From: a virus
Virus record (IMG/VR): IMGVR_UViG_3300026183_000827
Length of the DNA stretch: 64,000 nucleotides
Direction: 5' to 3' (one strand)
Program-made: the position numbers and the translations under genes
Part shown: in pieces, positions 54,732-64,000 of the stretch
How the letters are laid out: each line of letters starts with the position of its first letter
Position numbering within the stretch: the first letter of the stretch is position 1
Notes under the pieces: model-generated
Told to the model about the DNA's origin: nothing
Database searches by the model: none
The model's input: the letters and a program-made list of their open reading frames with translations, nothing else

Positions 54732-55398
54732 CTACATTCTCCAATTGTGCGTACCTAAATGTACTATCGTTTAAAAAACGTAACTGTTCTTCTGTATATA
54801 CAGGATCGTATCTTTCACCGTCCCATTTTTTACGTATACGTTTCATATAGTATATAATACCATGCTCTTCACAAAATTTTACTAGTTTAACTGCGGTGTC
54901 CCAAAATTCTGGTTCCATCATAAGATTTAAACTTACATGCTTGTACGGAAACTTATTTGCTTCTTTATGCGTTTCTACTAACTTGTGAGTAAATTCATCA
55001 AACTTTAAGTATTCAAAATGGCTGCTAAATTGAATAATGTCTATTTGATTTATAAGTTCTTTAAAGTAATCAGCAGTTCTGCTACCGTTAGTATTAAGTC
55101 CCACGAACCATCCATTTTTAGTTTTAAGATGTTTACACAAATCCATAAAGGCAGGATTAACTGTGGGCTCTCCTCCTGTGAACCAAATGCGCACACGTTC
55201 TCTAGGACTATTAAGTTCTATTTTGTCAGCAATAGACTTTAAACTGTCTAAATCTCTGTGAGGACTAGTAAGGTCGTGAAGTTTGTCAGGACAATAAATG
55301 CAATCATAATTGCAACGTTTTCCAATATTCCAATGTACATAATAGTAGTCTTTATCTCTTGTAGACTCCATTGCAATTATATCTTTGTAATCTACCAT
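54721..55398 (-). CDS. Radical SAM core domain (no auxiliary domain)
   Basis: WNIGKRCNYDCIYC, TGGEPT, NTNGS. Confidence 0.88.
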   Translation of the reverse strand: MVDYKDIIAMESTRDKDYYYVHWNIGKRCNYDCIYCPDKLHDLTSPHRDLDSLKSIADKIELNSPRERVRIWFTGGEPTVNPAFMDLCKHLKTKNGWFVGLNTNGSRTADYFKELINQIDIIQFSSHFEYLKFDEFTHKLVETHKEANKFPYKHVSLNLMMEPEFWDTAVKLVKFCEEHGIIYYMKRIRKKWDGERYDPVYTEEQLRFLNDSTFRYAQLENVDEA

Positions 55399-56336
55399 TC
55401 TAATGTCCTAATATACTTTAATTGTTTATCTGTATACGGATAAATTTTATTGCTGTTTGACTTGTCTACTAAAGGTTCTACGTTAACAAATACACAGTCT
55501 TTATCAAGTTTTTTACAGTTGTTTACAAAATTTATATATGTTTCATCAAAGTCTAATGGCAGCATTACCTTTACTACTAAGTGTGCAGTGTCTATCTTAT
55601 TACTTGCAACATATTCTATTTTTGCGTATAACTTATCTAATTGTGTATATTCAGAGTGTATGCTTAAATATATTCCGCCAGCATTAGTATAATCTAATAA
55701 TTGCTTCTTATTTGCTGTTCCGTTAGTATTTGTAAATACACTAACATTATTATAAGATAAACAATAATCGACTATGTTTTTATAAGCAGGATTAATTGTA
55801 GGTTCGCCGCCTGTAAATGTTATTTTTATACTGTCTAGATTTACTTGTTTATAAATGCTATCAAACGCATTTTTAAAATCAGTAAACTGCATGTGTGGAC
55901 TATTGTTATCATGTACACTACTAGGGCAATAACTACAATCATAATTACAACGTTTTCCAATATTCCAATTTATTGAAAAATATCGTTCGTTTGAACCTAT
56001 AGCAATTATATCTGCATTATCGTATAACGGTGCATTGTTTATTACTTTAAAATCTACTAAAGTATTTTTTGCTTTAGATATGTTAATATCACTTGCACAA
56101 TAACACTTCTCTGCAGGACATAGCATAGGTTCTGTTGGCAAAACTATATCAGTAAACACATTTCCGTATTTTCCGCTATGACGGCAAACATTACCGTATA
56201 CATCGCCTGCACTGTTTATCCATAGAAAATCAAATCCTGCAGAACATTTCCAACCTTTAAAACTATTAAAAGTTGTTTTAGCATCTGCTAATGTAGTCGA
56301 TTGTATATCGTCGTTAATTGTTTTTACTAATAACAT
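55392..56336 (-). CDS. Radical SAM protein with N-terminal SPASM/twitch-like domain
   Basis: FKGWKCSAG...C...CPAEKCYCASD, then WNIGKRCNYDCSYC and TGGEPT. Confidence 0.88.
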   Translation of the reverse strand: MLLVKTINDDIQSTTLADAKTTFNSFKGWKCSAGFDFLWINSAGDVYGNVCRHSGKYGNVFTDIVLPTEPMLCPAEKCYCASDINISKAKNTLVDFKVINNAPLYDNADIIAIGSNERYFSINWNIGKRCNYDCSYCPSSVHDNNSPHMQFTDFKNAFDSIYKQVNLDSIKITFTGGEPTINPAYKNIVDYCLSYNNVSVFTNTNGTANKKQLLDYTNAGGIYLSIHSEYTQLDKLYAKIEYVASNKIDTAHLVVKVMLPLDFDETYINFVNNCKKLDKDCVFVNVEPLVDKSNSNKIYPYTDKQLKYIRTLEW

Positions 56337-57481
56337 TATAATCCAAAGTGTTGCCTAGTTAGTGGACCAATTACATCTTCAGCTTTCATATTACGCTGTG
56401 CTAGTAATACAGTAAATTCTTTCTTTAATTGTTCGGTTGTATAATTATTGTTTCCAGGTACTAGTGTTTTCTTTAGTCCTGACGATTTAATTCGAGAACG
56501 CACATCTTCTATTATATGCTTTGGTAAGTTTTGATAATTCATTAAATGTGTACTAGGTTTGATTTCGCAACTATAACCTACTACATCTTTTACTTCCCAA
56601 AAGTATTCTTCAATTTCTGGTAAAAACTCAAAATTAAATATGTTAACTAAGTTCGATACGCTGATATGAATATTGTCAAATTTATTATTTCGCAAGTATT
56701 CTAAATTTTTGTGCATCTTACTCCATTTGTGTGGCCAGCGTATAAACTCATAGTTAGAATCGATACTGTCTACACTGATGCGTAAATGTGCGCTTTTAGT
56801 TTTACTTAGACGAGAAAATATTTCTTCATTAAGAATAGTTCCGTTTGTAGTAACTTCTAAGTGTAAATCTCTACAATAATCTTTATCGATAACATCTGCA
56901 ATCTTATCCCAATTTTCTTTTAAAAACGGTTCTCCGCCAATTAGTTTAAGAGTATGAACTTTGTAATGTTGTAGTATTTCAGCAATAACATCTGCTGTTC
57001 TAGTTGAACCTGCACTAAAAGAATTAGTTAAAGGTATCCAAGACTTAGGCCTATTGTCGTCATCTAATTTATTAGAAAGTTTATCAATTAAACTACTTGC
57101 ATAACTAGTACAAAACGGACATGCAAGATTACAACTGTTACCTAACACTACATCTAATTTATTAATATCGTACTCTGAATAGTTGATACTATTGATCTTA
57201 TCTCTAGGACTTTTAATACCTTTTGTTTCATAGTTTTTACAACCTATACACGCAGGATGTAAGTCATCATTATTAGCAAAGTAATCTCTATAATATTGTA
57301 ACGGTGCTAGATTCATAATGTCGTTAATAGATTCTACTTTTACAGGTTTGCTAAACTCAGAAGGTTCAAGTTCGTGTGTAATATGACAGCAAGGTTTTAT
57401 ATATGCATAAGTTTCGTTGTTTATATCATATATTTTTATTCTTGCGCCTTTTTCTACATATCCACAATGATTTTGTTTCAT
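56336..57481 (-). CDS. Radical SAM protein with N-terminal twitch-like domain
   Basis: C...PCC...CIGC, then CNLACPFC, GGEP, TTNGT. Confidence 0.88.
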   Translation of the reverse strand: MKQNHCGYVEKGARIKIYDINNETYAYIKPCCHITHELEPSEFSKPVKVESINDIMNLAPLQYYRDYFANNDDLHPACIGCKNYETKGIKSPRDKINSINYSEYDINKLDVVLGNSCNLACPFCTSYASSLIDKLSNKLDDDNRPKSWIPLTNSFSAGSTRTADVIAEILQHYKVHTLKLIGGEPFLKENWDKIADVIDKDYCRDLHLEVTTNGTILNEEIFSRLSKTKSAHLRISVDSIDSNYEFIRWPHKWSKMHKNLEYLRNNKFDNIHISVSNLVNIFNFEFLPEIEEYFWEVKDVVGYSCEIKPSTHLMNYQNLPKHIIEDVRSRIKSSGLKKTLVPGNNNYTTEQLKKEFTVLLAQRNMKAEDVIGPLTRQHFGL

Positions 57482-58464
57482 AATTGTCTAGCCTTGAGTA
57501 GTTTGATTTTTTCTATTGAGTTTACAATGCGTTTATTGTAATAAATATGTTGTTTTTTAATCGAATCAAAATCTAATCCAAAAACACTTTTTACTAAATT
57601 CCAAAAAATTCTATTATTTTTGTCATCTCCTAACATATCTACTTGTACCTTAGAGTAGTTCTCTTTATAAATTTTGTAAACTTTTTCAATAAGTTTTTTG
57701 TTTGCAAATTCTTCATGTAATGTTATAATAAAAAATACGTTTTTTTCTAATAATTTTTCATATAGTGCAGACGGAGCAGTTCCGTTACTATTGATAGTAA
57801 TATGACTAAACCCATATTCATAACATAAATCAACTAATTTTATCAATTCTTTACTAAGTGTAGGTTCGCCACCAGTTATTATTAGATTAAGTTTGTAATT
57901 TGACATAGATTTAAATTCCAAACACTCAAATAATTTTTTTATTTTTTCTAAACTTAAAAAGTTACCATAATTATTATGAACAAACGGACTACAGTATATA
58001 CAATCATAGTTACATCTTTTTGTATAGTCTAATGTCAAAGTAAAATCTAAATTTTTGTTGGCTCCTCCTAGTGCAATTACTTCATCTTTTTTTGTTAAAC
58101 TAGATAAAGTAGTATAATCTTGAACGCTATTAGCTTTCTCGACAAATAAATCATATGTTTCTTGATCAATGGATTTATATGCTAACAAATCGCTTCCGCA
58201 AGAACAAATCGAAATCCTACAATTATTACTTGCATTATGTAATAAATTTTTTATTTCATCAAATTTTGTCCACCAAGGAGATGTGTCTGTAGATATCCTT
58301 AAATTACCACAGACACCCGACATAGCATTTCCATCTACACTGAATGACACAGCATTTTTTGCAATTGGACAAAACCAATTTTTAAACTTTATATTTCTTT
58401 TTTTTATATCACGCAAGTTAGTTTTTTTTAACACACGTTTATTTGTTAAAACTAACACTGTCAT
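57478..58464 (-). CDS. Radical SAM protein with N-terminal SPASM/twitch-like domain
   Basis: FKNWFCPI...C...CRISICSCGSD, then RCNYDCIYC and TGGEPT. Confidence 0.85.
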   Translation of the reverse strand: MTVLVLTNKRVLKKTNLRDIKKRNIKFKNWFCPIAKNAVSFSVDGNAMSGVCGNLRISTDTSPWWTKFDEIKNLLHNASNNCRISICSCGSDLLAYKSIDQETYDLFVEKANSVQDYTTLSSLTKKDEVIALGGANKNLDFTLTLDYTKRCNYDCIYCSPFVHNNYGNFLSLEKIKKLFECLEFKSMSNYKLNLIITGGEPTLSKELIKLVDLCYEYGFSHITINSNGTAPSALYEKLLEKNVFFIITLHEEFANKKLIEKVYKIYKENYSKVQVDMLGDDKNNRIFWNLVKSVFGLDFDSIKKQHIYYNKRIVNSIEKIKLLKARQL

Positions 58465-59150
58465 TTTATACCTATCCTCATAAATCTTTTATATTTAGAT
58501 AAGCTAAGTTCTCCTTGATAGAACACGTTTTCCATTGGTGTTATTTGTGCAAAATCATCTAAATTATCTACACAATTTACATGTTCAAGCAAATCAAAAT
58601 AATTATTGTTTTGTAATATTACAAGTGTTCCTATCGGAATATTATTATACCATTCTTTAAATTTATCTGTAAAAATGTGTTCACAACTAGTGTTGATAAT
58701 AGTATTAGGCATATCTATTAAATTTTGCGAACTACCGTCAGATCTATAAGTTGTATATTCAGTAGGGTACTCCATTTCTAAAATATCAAGTGTACTTGCT
58801 TTGAATTGCCAGTTGTCCATAACCCACGGTTTATTAATAGTGTCAGCAATTGGCGCACAAGTTTTATCTATATCAAAACTACGAATTTTATCAAACTTAT
58901 CTCTAGCACGTTCGAACATCATACTAGCTAATGTGCCGTACCAACCTGCGCATATAAAAACTGTTCCTAAATTATCTGGAAGATTTTCTACTAGCCACTC
59001 TTTACTTTTTAATTGCCCTAAACTATAAGCATCAACTAACGCAACTTCGCACTCAGGAAACTTATTTAATGTTCTTTTCATCTGACCAATAGTATTATTG
59101 CCAGGATAAAGGTGTTCTAAACCATTTAAAAGATTAGCTGTATTGCTCAT
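58461..59150 (-). CDS. Class I SAM-dependent methyltransferase-like protein
   Basis: FICAGWYG motif I, SFDID acidic motif II, INTSCEH. Confidence 0.65.
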   Translation of the reverse strand: MSNTANLLNGLEHLYPGNNTIGQMKRTLNKFPECEVALVDAYSLGQLKSKEWLVENLPDNLGTVFICAGWYGTLASMMFERARDKFDKIRSFDIDKTCAPIADTINKPWVMDNWQFKASTLDILEMEYPTEYTTYRSDGSSQNLIDMPNTIINTSCEHIFTDKFKEWYNNIPIGTLVILQNNNYFDLLEHVNCVDNLDDFAQITPMENVFYQGELSLSKYKRFMRIGIK

Positions 59151-59808
59151 TAAACTGCTCCTTTAGCCAATCAAAATTATTTATTAACTTAAGATCATCG
59201 CGATTAGAAAGGCCAAACTCACGGCCAGCCCTAGCACCGGCAAGAGCATAGGAACCATAAGGTCTGTCTTCTCCGACTGTACACCACGTTTCAAGTCTTT
59301 GTTCTGTTTCATCATTTTTCTGCCTATCAATTATTTTGCTGCTAAGTTTAGCACATTCTCTAAATGCACTTTTCCAAGTATTAAATGGGTCAGTATTAAA
59401 TGCTGTTACGTTTGCAACTTCGTGAACTGCTTTAAATTTTGAACTAATACTAGTAGTCATATCAGGCTTACTAGTATCCATATTAATAGTCAGTCTACGA
59501 GGAAGTAATTTTATTCCACCATATCCGTATACTAAATCATTAATAGGATTTTGACTGCGCCAAACATGTACGGTTTCTAAATTGTATTCATCAACTTCAT
59601 AATCAAAATTAAAATCATCAACTATTAATGCATCAGCATCAACTACCCAAAACATTTTAGTAAAACATTTTTTAGCTGCGGCAATATGTGCTTGATGTAT
59701 TCCTTTAACACCATCTACACGTTTTGCCATTGGAAATCTACTTTTTAATTTTTCAAAGTTTTCGTCTGCATTTGGTTCTTGATATGAAATAAAAACAATA
59801 TCATACAT
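59134..59808 (-). CDS. GT-A-like glycosyltransferase
   Basis: FISYQE, WVVDAD (DxD), YGYGG. Confidence 0.65.
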   Translation of the reverse strand: MYDIVFISYQEPNADENFEKLKSRFPMAKRVDGVKGIHQAHIAAAKKCFTKMFWVVDADALIVDDFNFDYEVDEYNLETVHVWRSQNPINDLVYGYGGIKLLPRRLTINMDTSKPDMTTSISSKFKAVHEVANVTAFNTDPFNTWKSAFRECAKLSSKIIDRQKNDETEQRLETWCTVGEDRPYGSYALAGARAGREFGLSNRDDLKLINNFDWLKEQFNEQYS

Positions 59809-61030
59809 TTCTTGTATTGCCGTAATAGATAACTTTACTTACATTAGATACAAAACTGCGCCAAGGATCTACAACTATACTGCCTGCAGGCACAACACAA
59901 TAAAGTGTGTCAGTGTCATCGCCTTCCATTTTCATATACTTGTAAGTTGTACTAGCACTATGAGCTAATAACATTACACAAGGCCCGTTTGGTTCGTTAT
60001 TGTCTCCAGTTAATGGATCAATATACGTAGGAGCAAATCCATGTTTTTCACAGTAGTGCCCGACTAGTAGACTATAACTACCGTCACAGTATTCTACGCC
60101 AGGCTTATACGCTTTGCCATGAATGTAAATAGGCAAGTTATGTTCGTTTGCTTGTTCTACTAGTTTGAGTGCAAGGTTTTCTGCCTGTATCTCTCTAGCA
60201 TGCATTATACTGTCAAACAAGTCGTAACCTAGTCCTAGTTCTTGTGCCATATAGCGTAGTGCAATGTTATCACGTGGATGACATGCGCCGCCATCGCCCA
60301 TTCCTGCTTTCATATACTGCGGGCCCATAATACGCATAGTACTTTGCGCTAGTGCATCTGTTACAACATCAACATTAATGTTGCCTTGACGTTCTGCAAC
60401 ATCTTGTATCATATTCACTAGTCCAATTTTAGCACTAATAAATGTATTGTAGAATACTTTAATGCATTCACACTCGTCCCATGTACCAATTACATAACGT
60501 GGATCGTTTTCCATTACAGTTTTATAAAAGTCTACAAGTTGTTTTGCATCGCCGGTTTCGCTTCCATCTTCTGTGCCAATCATTACCATTTCTGGATTTA
60601 CCATATCCCATGCTACACTGCCCATAGCAATTAAATAAGGATTGTATACAAAACGTGTGTTAGTAACTAGCTGTACAAACTCTCTGCGTGTTGTACCAGG
60701 TAACACTGTACTAATAAGAACAAGCAACTGATCTTTGTTCATATGCTTGTTTGCTTCTTCTATAACATGTTGAACAATGCCATACCCAAAGTCTTTAGGT
60801 TCTAAATGTGCTGTAGGAGCTCTGCCGTCGTAATCTGGATCGTGAGGTGTAGGTACAGCAATAAAAACAATATCTCGATCTTTTACAACATCTTCGATTG
60901 TGTCAACTACTGTTACAAAGTTACTTGTTCTAGGTGCAATATCGTATCCAGATACATTATGGCCTTTTTGTACAATAGCTTCTGCACATGGCATGCCAAG
61001 TTTACCTACACCGATAAAACCGATATTCAT
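59801..61030 (-). CDS. ugd: UDP-glucose/GDP-mannose 6-dehydrogenase
   Basis: GVGKLG, AVPTP, STVLPG, KVFYN, GGACHPRD, AYKP. Confidence 0.9.
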   Translation of the reverse strand: MNIGFIGVGKLGMPCAEAIVQKGHNVSGYDIAPRTSNFVTVVDTIEDVVKDRDIVFIAVPTPHDPDYDGRAPTAHLEPKDFGYGIVQHVIEEANKHMNKDQLLVLISTVLPGTTRREFVQLVTNTRFVYNPYLIAMGSVAWDMVNPEMVMIGTEDGSETGDAKQLVDFYKTVMENDPRYVIGTWDECECIKVFYNTFISAKIGLVNMIQDVAERQGNINVDVVTDALAQSTMRIMGPQYMKAGMGDGGACHPRDNIALRYMAQELGLGYDLFDSIMHAREIQAENLALKLVEQANEHNLPIYIHGKAYKPGVEYCDGSYSLLVGHYCEKHGFAPTYIDPLTGDNNEPNGPCVMLLAHSASTTYKYMKMEGDDTDTLYCVVPAGSIVVDPWRSFVSNVSKVIYYGNTRNV

Positions 61031-61041
61031 TTTTTACTCCT

Positions 61042-61063
61042 ATAATATACGTATATTATTTAT
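61042..61063 (-). promoter_or_regulatory. Late-like ATAAATA box overlapping an 18-bp perfect palindrome, just upstream of the ugd SD
   Basis: ATAAATA (61063-61057); ATAATATACGTATATTAT (61042-61059). Confidence 0.55.
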
Positions 61064-61652
61064 TGCTAAACACAGGCATTGTAGACAGATCAGGATAATC
61101 TTTGTATGACCATTTTTTAGGTTTTGATACTATTGCGTTTTTAATTCTATCTATGCCTAGTTGAGCAGTTTCAGGCGTCATATAATAGTGATAACCCATT
61201 TGGTGTACTTGTTGTTCTGCCCAAGGTGTATTTCTGTGTCTACCGTCATAGCTCATTTTTATTAGTTCTGCACGATCTAACGCACTGTCACATAAAATTA
61301 TTCCGCCTCTACCTAGACCCAGATGTTTTTTAAATTGAAAACTTAAACACATAAAAGTGCCTGATATGTAACTTTTCTCTCTCCATAAAACTGCTGCATC
61401 AATTATACGAGTGTTTGGAAATTGATAGTATTCATACCATTCTTCGCCTATAAAATGCCAACCAATATTTAATTTTTCTAGTGTCATTGGAACACTTAGA
61501 TATGTGTTCTTTGGACAAGCTGTATGTTTTATATTCTTATAACGCAAACATAATTCAATAGCATGTGTACAACTATCTGTTGCTACAGCATAAGGTGCGC
61601 CAAAAAAGTTTGCTACTTCATGTTCAAATTGTTCTACAACATCAAAACTCAT
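61056..61652 (-). CDS. Short DegT/DnrJ/EryC1/StrS-family sugar aminotransferase
   Basis: FEHEVA...YAVATDSCTHAI, DAA, SFQFKKHL...GG. Confidence 0.8.
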   Translation of the reverse strand: MSFDVVEQFEHEVANFFGAPYAVATDSCTHAIELCLRYKNIKHTACPKNTYLSVPMTLEKLNIGWHFIGEEWYEYYQFPNTRIIDAAVLWREKSYISGTFMCLSFQFKKHLGLGRGGIILCDSALDRAELIKMSYDGRHRNTPWAEQQVHQMGYHYYMTPETAQLGIDRIKNAIVSKPKKWSYKDYPDLSTMPVFSNK

Positions 61653-62254
61653 TACATTGCCTTTAACAATCTAGCAGGGGATCCTACATATATCCCTGCG
61701 GTGTCAACACTTTTAGTTAGGTTAGAAAATGCTCCAACTGTAACATTGTCACATATGTCTATTTTGTTTATTGCACCACTTTTAAAATTAAACATACAAT
61801 TCTTGCCTATGTTTGTTTTGCCAGCAATCATAGATCCACTATGGAACATACAATTATCTCCTACAGTAACATCATGACTAATCAGGCAATATGTTTCAAT
61901 AAAGCAGTGTTTGCCTACTACAGCACCTTGCATAACTGTACTAAAGTTAGCAACACACGAACCTTTACCAATTACAGCACCTTCGTGTATAACAGCAGTA
62001 TCATGAATATACGTTACACAATCACAGTCATGCTCGTCTAACAAATCTACTGTTTGCGCACGTTCTTGCAAGTCTAATGCAAATCCTATAAAATACTGAA
62101 AATCATCTTTGTTTTGCAATTGCTTAAATTTTTGCGGACTTATAATGCTGCAATCTTCGTTAACAAAGTTCTTGCCGTAAAACATACTGTCTTGTGTTAG
62201 TATGCTTTGTTCGTATCCAATAATTTTAAGCGGCTTTTCATTTTTAATCAGCAT
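61652..62254 (-). CDS. Hexapeptide-repeat sugar O/N-acetyltransferase (NeuD/PglD-like)
   Basis: IHDTAVI...ISHDVTVG...GSPAR. Confidence 0.85.
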   Translation of the reverse strand: MLIKNEKPLKIIGYEQSILTQDSMFYGKNFVNEDCSIISPQKFKQLQNKDDFQYFIGFALDLQERAQTVDLLDEHDCDCVTYIHDTAVIHEGAVIGKGSCVANFSTVMQGAVVGKHCFIETYCLISHDVTVGDNCMFHSGSMIAGKTNIGKNCMFNFKSGAINKIDICDNVTVGAFSNLTKSVDTAGIYVGSPARLLKAM

Positions 62255-63500
62255 AGCGTATTCTCTTGTATATTTTGTTTTTAGTAATAGGTGCTTCTAG
62301 TAGACGTTCCTGCAATTCTTCTATCCATGTTTTATTATGAATTAAAACATATGCCATGTCTGCATACATGTCTTTTAATTCATCTATAGTTTTTGAATTA
62401 ATCCAGTCAATTAGTTCAAATACCTTTTTCATACGTTTACTATGATCCTGTTCTGTATCATAACTTTCGTCAAACCAATCGCTAAATGTCATGAATCCCC
62501 AAGCTCTCATGTATTCTAAATTACCTGGAGGTCCTAGCATTATTAAAGGCTTATAGTTAAGCATAGCATTCATTATCTTTTCTGTCAAGAGTCCTGTTGG
62601 TTCTGCGTAACGTGTTTCATTAACAATAGCACAAAAACATTCTGCATACGAATCTTTAGGATTTGTGTCTATATGAATATCTATGTAATCATCTATGTTT
62701 AATTTTTCTTTTACAGGAATGTCCATACTCAAGGGTGCAAGTTCAGCTAGTTTGTTTGCTCCATTGCGTAATACATCAACACACGGTAAGTTTTCTGAGT
62801 AAGCATTATCTAGCAACACCTTTTCGTCACTGTTGTATAACCAACTAAGATTATAACTGTCTGTGGTTTCTACTAGGTAGCTTGCTACACAATGCCTATG
62901 ACTAGCATAACGCCAATTGCCGCACCAAAACTTTTTAGTAATTAAATTACCATCGTGTACGCCTTCTTGTTCACCAACATTTATTGTAGCAGGATAAATC
63001 CATCCTACAGGCGTACAGTCGATTTCAAGTTCTGGATAATGTGTTTGAAAATATTTTTTGCTGTTGTAACTAGGACTGTATACTTCTACTTTTGTTAGCC
63101 CATTGTTTTGTACATACTGCTGAATACTGTCTAGCTCTCTAGCTCTAATGTACTCTGCGTCTGTAGCAATCCAACTAGTGTAGATGCCATCCTTGTCTAC
63201 TCTTGTGTCGTATGTTGACAACGGTTCCCAGAGATAAAACTTTAATCCTTTTTTATTGCATATTTCTCTGTTTTTATCAGATATTACAGCATTGCTAGAT
63301 TCTAACCATTTGATTCTGTCAACACTGAAATATACAGCATAAGGATTTCCTACATTTTTAAAATATGTTTGTTGTAAATCTTTCCAAACTTCTGCCCAAC
63401 CTTGTTGTAGTTGAGTTTTTAGATTTGGAAACCAGATATTTCCAAGAGATATATTACTATAAAGACCTATATCATTAGGACTAGTTAATCTTTGTTCCAT
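62244..63500 (-). CDS. Hypothetical protein, possibly glycosyltransferase-related
   Basis: IVNET...LTEKI...KPLI...GFMTFSDWFDESYD. Confidence 0.6.
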   Translation of the reverse strand: MEQRLTSPNDIGLYSNISLGNIWFPNLKTQLQQGWAEVWKDLQQTYFKNVGNPYAVYFSVDRIKWLESSNAVISDKNREICNKKGLKFYLWEPLSTYDTRVDKDGIYTSWIATDAEYIRARELDSIQQYVQNNGLTKVEVYSPSYNSKKYFQTHYPELEIDCTPVGWIYPATINVGEQEGVHDGNLITKKFWCGNWRYASHRHCVASYLVETTDSYNLSWLYNSDEKVLLDNAYSENLPCVDVLRNGANKLAELAPLSMDIPVKEKLNIDDYIDIHIDTNPKDSYAECFCAIVNETRYAEPTGLLTEKIMNAMLNYKPLIMLGPPGNLEYMRAWGFMTFSDWFDESYDTEQDHSKRMKKVFELIDWINSKTIDELKDMYADMAYVLIHNKTWIEELQERLLEAPITKNKIYKRIRYAD

Positions 63501-64000
63501 TTTTCTTTTAATCCATTAAATTCAGGAAATGTTTTTTCAAAACTTATGCTACGGCGTTTGTCGTATTCTGTAAAGAACCTAACAAAATTTTGTTGTGCTT
63601 CTGTACGTTCTTGCTCTGTAGCAAATCCTTCCTTCATAAATTCAATTGAACGTTCAAATCTAGCAATTTGATGTGGTTTAAATCCTGACCATCGTGTTTC
63701 TCGTTGTCCATCAGGATGAGCTTTCATAAACTCTAATGCTTCTTCTGCATAATGCCAATGTTCTTGTGGAGCAAGTTTTAGACTTTGCCATGCAGGATGA
63801 TGTAGTGCAGGTGTATCTACAAATACACGATGATTACCATAGTATGTTAGTTTGCCTGTAGTTTCATCTCTGCGTACTTTACGCACATTATGGGCCTTTT
63901 GTAGCGCATATATGCCCTCTAGCAAGCGTTTAATGCTAGGCAAGCTCAACATATTAAACGTAACAATAAACGTTACTAAACCGTTGTGTGTCTTTGCTAG
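63485..64000 (-). CDS. 3' part of a probable radical SAM protein (runs off window end)
   Basis: Frame open to 64000; C-terminal FFTEYDKRRSISFEKTFPE resembles the C-termini of phage radical SAM proteins. Confidence 0.55.
   Translation of the reverse strand, partial: LAKTHNGLVTFIVTFNMLSLPSIKRLLEGIYALQKAHNVRKVRRDETTGKLTYYGNHRVFVDTPALHHPAWQSLKLAPQEHWHYAEEALEFMKAHPDGQRETRWSGFKPHQIARFERSIEFMKEGFATEQERTEAQQNFVRFFTEYDKRRSISFEKTFPEFNGLKEKWNKD

Noticed and set aside
1-64000. Stop-codon reassignment as in some large phages
   Set aside because: Genes are full length and tile the sequence under code 11; TAG, TGA and TAA all end genes at sensible positions
1-64000. tRNA genes, rRNA and CRISPR arrays
   Set aside because: Intergenic gaps are very short and show no cloverleaf or repeat-spacer pattern by eye; tRNAscan was not run
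1-64000. Eukaryotic giant-virus (NCLDV) origin suggested by SOD1, HAD PMM, desaturases and DnaJ
   Set aside because: SD sequences, sigma70 and T4-late promoters, overlapping operons, T4-type polymerase/RNase H and a tail fibre indicate a bacteriophage

Overview
The window is a densely packed, AT-rich segment of a large T4-like (Caudoviricetes) dsDNA bacteriophage genome read with the standard bacterial code. I see no rRNA, tRNA, CRISPR array, integrase or intein, and the host cannot be assigned from this window. Layout: (1) 1-4.1 kb: membrane proteins, a DnaJ and a ClpA. (2) 4.8-13 kb: late genes that look like head-packaged internal proteins, including a 739-aa multi-module protein with an intact Cu/Zn superoxide dismutase and a ParB-like domain, followed by an unannotated 35-aa metallothionein-like ORF. 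(3) 15-40 kb: replication core (DsbA-like protein, family B DNA polymerase, sliding clamp, RNase H-like 5'-3' exonuclease, MoxR AAA + vWA pair). It contains a 7-deazaguanine DNA-modification cluster (TGT-fold DpdA-like, T-fold DpdL-like, FolE, QueE) that also holds a glycosyltransferase, cupin, PRTase and HIT protein but no canonical QueC. (4) 40.5-64 kb: a tail-fibre-like gene followed by a ~22 kb island of tailoring enzymes (tandem desaturases, ferritin-like di-iron protein, 2OG-Fe(II) oxygenases, amidinotransferase, PLP enzymes, two QueC-like PP-loop ATPases each with a dedicated partner, split and permuted radical SAM proteins, sugar-nucleotide enzymes). Two promoter classes are visible: sigma70-like TTGACA-N17-TATAAT and a T4-late-like ATAAATA box, sometimes coupled to hairpins that hide the start codon. 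Best candidates for an undescribed system: a possibly clamp-tethered, possibly glycosylated 7-deazaguanine DNA modification pathway; a capsid-delivered SOD polyprotein with its own metallothionein; and a late-expressed virion-decoration or biosynthetic island. All functional calls come from motif recognition by eye; no database search was run.
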